Translations under genes and position numbers: made by a program | DNA from: Spongospora subterranea f. sp. subterranea | Taxonomy: Eukaryota | Length of the DNA: 64,000 nucleotides | Assembly (NCBI GenBank): GCA_049724395.1 | Contig: JAUGWO010000058.1 | Coordinates: 1 to 64,000 of the forward strand | Reading direction: 5' to 3' | Shown here: piece after piece, positions 61,792-64,000 of the stretch | How the letters are laid out: each line of letters starts with the position of its first letter | How positions within the stretch are numbered: position 1 is the stretch's first letter | Notes under the pieces: model-generated | The model's database searches: none | What the model saw: the letters and a program-made list of their open reading frames with translations, nothing else | What the model was told of the DNA's origin: nothing

Positions 61792-63884
61792 TCAATTGGT
61801 CGCTGTGAGAGGAAACGAGTTACCGTTAACCAACTCGACATCCGAATCGTCTCCTTCAGAAAAATTTGACTCATCATCCGTAAAACTGCTCTCAGAACCA
61901 GACACATCGTCCTCTGATGAAAGATTGATGATAAATTTGGGTTGCGGTTCAAACCGGTATTCAGGTAGACCTGTATGTTGATTCGATTAGGCTGGCCATC
62001 GATTCTCAAAAGGCAGCCTGTTTTCTCGAAGTATCGATGAACGCGACCAAGCTTGATTATTTCGTCAAAGGCGTTCCCAACCCACTTCGTAAATAGGATA
62101 CGACGCTCTCTAGCGATGAATTTCCCATCAGTTCACTTGGATAGAAAAACGGGGTTTTCTAGTTCTTTGTCGAGTTGAAGAGCGACATGATACTTCATCA
62201 TCCGTCCAGCTCCAGCATCGACTACAGTATTTAGGTCATATTACTGTTTACAAATGAGTAATTTACGTTCTTGGTTGAATCATATCTGTAACGTTTGGAG
62301 GGAAGTACATTAATTTGCCCAACTTCTCCATTGAACTGCAGAAATCAGAGTTTTGATGTGCATCTAGGTTATCACACAGAAATAGGCGGCTTCTGCACGA
62401 TCCTGTTGGAAAACAGGGCCTTGTAGATATAATTTCGCGATATTGATTGCTGTGTGCCCGTTTACCCACGCGTTTGCCTGAAACAGGACACCTACGCAAG
62501 GATCCTAAAGAAAACAATAAATCACATGAATTTCCACTTTTAATCTGAAAATGCGATAAAGCACCCAACCACTGGTTTCGCTCGAATTCATAATCATGGT
62601 CCCGGCACCTCGACAGATGATTATAGGCTTTGGTTGCAGCGCTTGAGAATCCGCACAAAGAGTCAGATGCAAGGTGCATTGCCGTTTTCCATAACCCGAA
62701 CGTGGCTGCCGAACCCAAACACGCTCAGCACCTTTATTGTCTACAGTTCTTTTATCACCTTCACAGATGAAAGGCAATGGGACCTAGGAGACACGAGTTA
62801 ATAGCTGGTTCTCGCATTATGTGCTCGAGCACCTGGTCAAAGTTGAATACCAAGGATGGCTTGTAAAACCCATACTTGGTGTCAACGGTCGGAGACTGAG
62901 AAAATTGCGAAAACAAATTCTGATGAAACTTGAAAATCGCGGAACTGCTTTGCGATGCTGCCAATTTCTTGTGATTGCTCCATCGACGGATCGAGAACCC
63001 TTGTCGGAGGAGAAACCCAGAATAATACCAGGAACGAGAAAGCTGAATATGATCAACATGTTGATCGGGAATCAGAGTACGTATTTTCCTCAGTTGGCGA
63101 GCACGGGATATGATCCAGGTTTTATTGGCTTTTAGGCCATTAAGACGACGTCGTCGCAACTCGCGTCCCAACTCTTCCTCTAACCTTCTGAGATGAATGA
63201 GCCAAGGACGATTGAATCGCCCTCGTTTACGTGAATTAGAGGAGCAGCTCGCAATGTCTCTGATTTCAGAAGCAGACTTGACCCACTTCGTCAAAACATC
63301 ACTGGAAATCCCTGAAAAATTACTCACGCTGCGTACTGCCTCAGCCCGTGAAGACATCTCTTTTTGAGAATCTCTAGACCGACGGCGGCGTTCTTGACCT
63401 CTGCTGACGTTTTTCCTAATCGGGACCTCACCTTCATAATCTAACAAATTCCAAAACACGTTCGTTGACAAGGGATAATCATCATTATCAAAATTCCTCA
63501 ACCTTGCATTATAGAGTGCGTTTTTCGATGTGCAATCAGCGCTTGAGCCGTTTGAAAGGATTTGTTGCAGTCAGTACACTGATGTCTATCTCGAGCGAAA
63601 CGAGGGCAGTTTTTAGAGACAAACTGTTGGCCACTGGCTTTCGCTGTCAAAATTGATGGGCCAAAGAAGGCGTGCAAACTTGTCTGCTGCAGAAGAGGCT
63701 TACGAGGTTTACTGCAACCTTTGAGAAAAGGAATGTTACTCATTTTGCCTGACGAAGATATACTGTGCTCACCTGAAGGTACTGCTGGTGAACTTTCAGC
63801 TTCCGCTTTGCTGTAATTGTGTGAAATTACATCATGATGCACTAAAATGTAAGTCAAACGGGTACCCGGATTGCCAATGACCAA
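61792..63884 (-). pseudogene. pogo/Tigger-family (Tc1/mariner superfamily) transposase with N-terminal C2H2 finger; disrupted
   Basis: CTDCNKSFQTAQALIAHRKTH; CENP-B-type HTH LEEELGRELRRRRLNG...WIISRARQL...GFLLRQGFSIRR; catalytic motifs FNFDQ, LCDNLDAH, PPNVTDMIQP|VD. In-frame TGA near 62133 and frameshifts near 63500 and 61970. Acidic tail. Confidence 0.85.
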
Positions 63885-64000
63885 GAATTATTTAGCCTGA
63901 CGAGACAGTTACGGCGACCCCATTTTCTGCTGATAAATTTAAAACTGCCCTCGTTTCGCTCGAGATAGACATCAGTGTACTGACTGCAACAAATCCTTTC
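63554..64000. repeat. Perfect 60-bp inverted repeat (63554-63613 vs 63941-64000) running off the window edge
   Basis: AAAACTGCCCTCGTTTCGCTCGAGATAGACATCAGTGTACTGACTGCAACAAATCCTTTC is the exact reverse complement of 63554-63613. Confidence 0.93.

Noticed and set aside
1..64000. tRNA, rRNA or other structured RNA genes
   Set aside because: None recognised by eye; a covariance-model scan would be needed to exclude small ncRNAs.

Overview
Gene-dense eukaryotic nuclear DNA with many short (mostly ~50-85 nt) spliceosomal introns. Gene content and intron style suggest a protist, possibly a plasmodiophorid-like plant parasite; this is inference only. In order: a near-complete hAT DNA transposon with palindromic GAGTCGACTC subterminal arrays and an 8-bp flanking duplication, a second decayed hAT, a small His/Asp-rich secreted protein, SPOUT1-like methyltransferase, CHCHD2/Mix17, two tandem LSD1-type zinc-finger genes (one fused to an HMG box), INCENP and a SAM-PH protein. 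Next is a ~14 kb GC-rich gene for a giant soluble-adenylyl-cyclase-like protein with three STAND NTPase/TPR modules and a second, degenerate cyclase pair; this is the most unusual object in the window. Then come a foldback/MITE-like element, eRF3, an XPG/FEN1-family nuclease, ATR kinase, eIF1, TM9SF, a degenerate kinesin-like coiled-coil protein and a decayed pogo-family transposase with an inverted duplication at the window edge. Several conserved genes carry small frame disruptions, so the assembly probably contains indel errors. All exon structures were inferred by eye and no database searches were run.
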